The notes beneath the pieces were generated by a model. The model saw nothing but the letters and a program-made list of their open reading frames with translations, made no database searches and was not told where the DNA came from. A stretch of DNA of 64,000 nt from Antedon mediterranea (taxonomy: Eukaryota; Animalia; Echinodermata), in NCBI RefSeq assembly GCF_964355755.1, contig NC_092674.1, positions 1,302,001-1,366,000 of the forward strand, written 5' to 3'. Both the position numbers and the translations under genes were made by a program. Numbering within the stretch: the stretch's first letter is position 1; each line of letters opens with the position of its first letter. Positions 61,230 to 64,000 of this stretch are shown here, piece by piece.

Positions 61230-61930
61230 TTACATAACAATAAAAATGATGTAATAAAAATGAAATAAAAGGTACAACAATATCACTCTGTCGCTTTGGC
61301 TCCATGAACTATTGTTTAGCATATTAATTATTGTAGGGATGGATGAATTTTTAAATCTTTCGGTTCTCGTTTTGTATTGTTGATATTTGACCTTGCCATT
61401 GCTTCGGAGCACACAAGGAATACTACGGATAGCGGGGGTTGGGGAGCAAATAACTGAACTTGTCCGAGTTCGACAGCTTCTTGCCAAAAGTCAGTACAAG
61501 ATTATCATGCCTGACTTTTAGCGAAGGTAAATTTAAACATTTTAAAGCTAATTTATATGAATTTTAATTAAGGCCAAGAATAATTTTTAGTGCCCTTTTT
61601 TGGATCCTTTCAATAAGTTGGGTATGAAGAGTTGAGTAACGACACCATGCCATAAAGGGCAGTCGTACTCCAATATAGGGCGAATACAGTATATACCGTA
61701 CTCAAATAAATACATTTCATATCGTCATTAGCCCTACGTAAAATACAGAGTGTATTATAACGTACGGGAAGCCTTTGTAATTATTTCGTTAACATGTGAA
61801 TTCCACCTCAAGTCGTCTTGGACCAAATCTCCTAAGCTTAATATGCTTCACAACCTGGAGTTCAGTGCCACTAAGCACGTTTAATTTGTTCAATATATTT
61901 TGTCAAATTGTCAATAAAAATGCTGTGATA
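61230..61930 (-). mobile_element. Decayed non-LTR retrotransposon (CR1/L2-like) RT 3' fragment
   Basis: Frameshifted minus-strand peptides LGDLVQDDLRWNSHVNEIITKASR, IRPILEYDCPLWHG, IERIQKRALKII and RTERFKNSSIP are typical of the region C-terminal to LINE RT. Confidence 0.85.
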
Positions 61931-62185
61931 TGTTACTGCTGATACTTTTCTATTTTCAAAGAATATTAATAGATCTTAAAATCAGCATCACTACTTACCC
62001 TAGGCGTAGTCATAAGGGCGACCTAAGGGCATATGATGAATTTGTCGATTTTATTAAGTTAACGAAACCGTATAAAATAATTAGTAACATTTTATTTGTA
62101 TTAACAGTGACAAAATATATTGAATTGAACATGATTTTCACCCAAAATGAGTTAAATAGATGGATTCCACATTTATATTAGCATA

Positions 62186-62327
62186 TCTTAGGTCGTCTTA
62201 GGTTTCGTGATCTTAGGTCTTAGGGGGTCTTAGCTTTCGTGATCTTAGGTCTCAGGGGGTCTTAGCCTTCGTGATCTTAGGTCTTAGGGGGTCTTAGCTT
62301 TCGCGATCTTAGGTTTCGTGACACCCC
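62186..62327. repeat. 33-bp tandem repeat, about 4 copies, probably a transposon subterminal repeat
   Basis: Unit ttcgtgatcttaggtcttagggggtcttagct, ending ggtttcgtgacacccc. Confidence 0.7.
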
Positions 62328-62799
62328 TCCCTACAAAATGTAATATATGCCTAATGAATAATTATCATATGTCTGATACTTACTACTCTTCCTTATAATA
62401 TTTCTTACAGTAAATAAAATATCTGGAACCAGAGATACAATCCAGTCTCGACCGGACTGGCAGGTCAACAAAAGTTGACTAGTATTATATTAATAGTTAT
62501 ATTATTAATATTAATATTTTTTTTTAAATATGCCATATGCCAGTCCGGAAGAATTCATCTACAGTTCTGTTTTATTCAGCTCCTTTCTCAGCAAATAATT
62601 CGATCGAGGCGAAGCCGAGTTGATAGATAACCTTTCCACATTCACCAAATGCAATTATTTGTACCATTACACGAATATAAAACGTTTATTATTATTATGT
62701 TTTATATAACATCTAAACAGATTCCTGTCATTTGTCATCCTGCCTAAATGTGTGACATTAAAATGGCAAACTCAAAAATGCTTATTTTTCTGGGGAACA

Positions 62800-62830
<31 letters not shown>

Positions 62831-64000
62831 CTAAATCAATTTAAAGTGCATTGCATCCATGTATCAAACATCCTAATAAAGTCGGTTTAAATTAATGAAA
62901 TAAACATGTTGTAGTAATAAGGAGGATAACATTTTAATATGTAAGGGAATGTAGGCCTAATAGTTTGAGCTGGTTCAAGGTATTTCGAATTGAAAAGTTT
63001 TATCTGTTATCATGAGAATAATCGCATTGTCTTTGTAGGCTACATGACAAAAATAATGCATGGCCTACCTCCTGGGAGTAAATAATTAGATTTAGAAAGT
63101 TTAAAATTTATGAAAAATGTTTATGGGATAACGTTTGTGCTGAGACACAGATTCCATAATTAAATAATCTGGATATGTCATGGTCGATTGCTTTACAGTG
63201 TCGTAAAAACGCCATGGCAAGTTCTTTATTTTCAGATAATTTACTGATGCAATACTCTGGTAAATACAATAAAGGAAAAATATTCGAAGATAATTGATTA
63301 TTATAACCATGGACCTTGTTATAACAAACACATGCTCCATTAATTTGAAATAGAGCTCCACTCAGACTTTCTCTTATTATGTTTAAGTACAGATAAAATA
63401 TGGCAATATTTTACAAAAACTACATTTTTTAAGTAAATAAATTAATTGTTTAGACTTATTCGAATATACCCCTTTTTTTAATGTAAAAGAATTGGAAATT
63501 ATAAGGTATCATCCTCACAAATCGCGAAATTGCCGTGATTTTCAAGAAAATCGTACACATTGAAAACAATTTCAAGCAAAGATGAAGTATTAGGAATGAT
63601 ATTTTTAAATAACAGTTTTTACGAAAGTTATGAAAAAATAGTAATTGTCTTTGTGGAGCTGCTCCAGTTTAATACAGACATGATCTTAAAGTATAAAGTA
63701 GATAGAATAGTAGCCTAAACCACAAATTAAATTGTTAAAATACATAATAATGTATTCTTTATACAATATTTGTTTTATACGAATTATAATTATTTATAAA
63801 TGAGGAGTTAGCCAATAAATCACATTATTTATTTGAAGCCATACTCTTTTACTCCAGTTACTGTACTACTGTTACACTGTACCAATACTCAACATTGTAT
63901 TGAAGCATGTAGTAGTTGCATTGATTGGTATGGTTGCTATCTTTATAATTTATTTCTAGAAAGTAGGCCTATCTGCAGATGCCTACGCCGCATCCACATG

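Overview
AT-rich, intron-rich animal genomic DNA, not prokaryotic. A marine invertebrate, possibly an echinoderm, is a low-confidence guess. Exons were assembled by hand from GT-AG boundaries and reading phase. Genes in order: 3' end of an adhesion-type GPCR (+), IFT81 (-), a BEN-domain gene (-), phospholipid scramblase (-) head-to-head with peroxisomal sarcosine/pipecolate oxidase (+), TMEM254 (+), PSMD1/Rpn2 (-) with a 5-HT2-like amine GPCR nested antisense in its 10-kb intron, and a D-amino acid/D-aspartate oxidase (+) head-to-head with PSMD1 that carries one in-frame TAA. Repeats include about 22 copies of a PIF/Harbinger-like MITE, other MITEs, a tRNA-derived SINE, a decayed LINE and several minisatellites. 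The most unusual signals are: (1) a 410-bp element with 32-bp TIRs and a 7-bp TSD plus several 21-43 bp TIR-only inserts with 7-8 bp TSDs, resembling P-superfamily elements and their excision footprints, mostly near gene 5' ends; (2) tandem duplications that copy exon ends, including five in-frame splice donors with extra TM helices in TMEM254 and three ATG-to-TAA copies of the IFT81 C-terminus; (3) a CTAG/AGGCCT-rich tract in the first intron of five genes. Family assignments come from recalled motifs; no database search was run.
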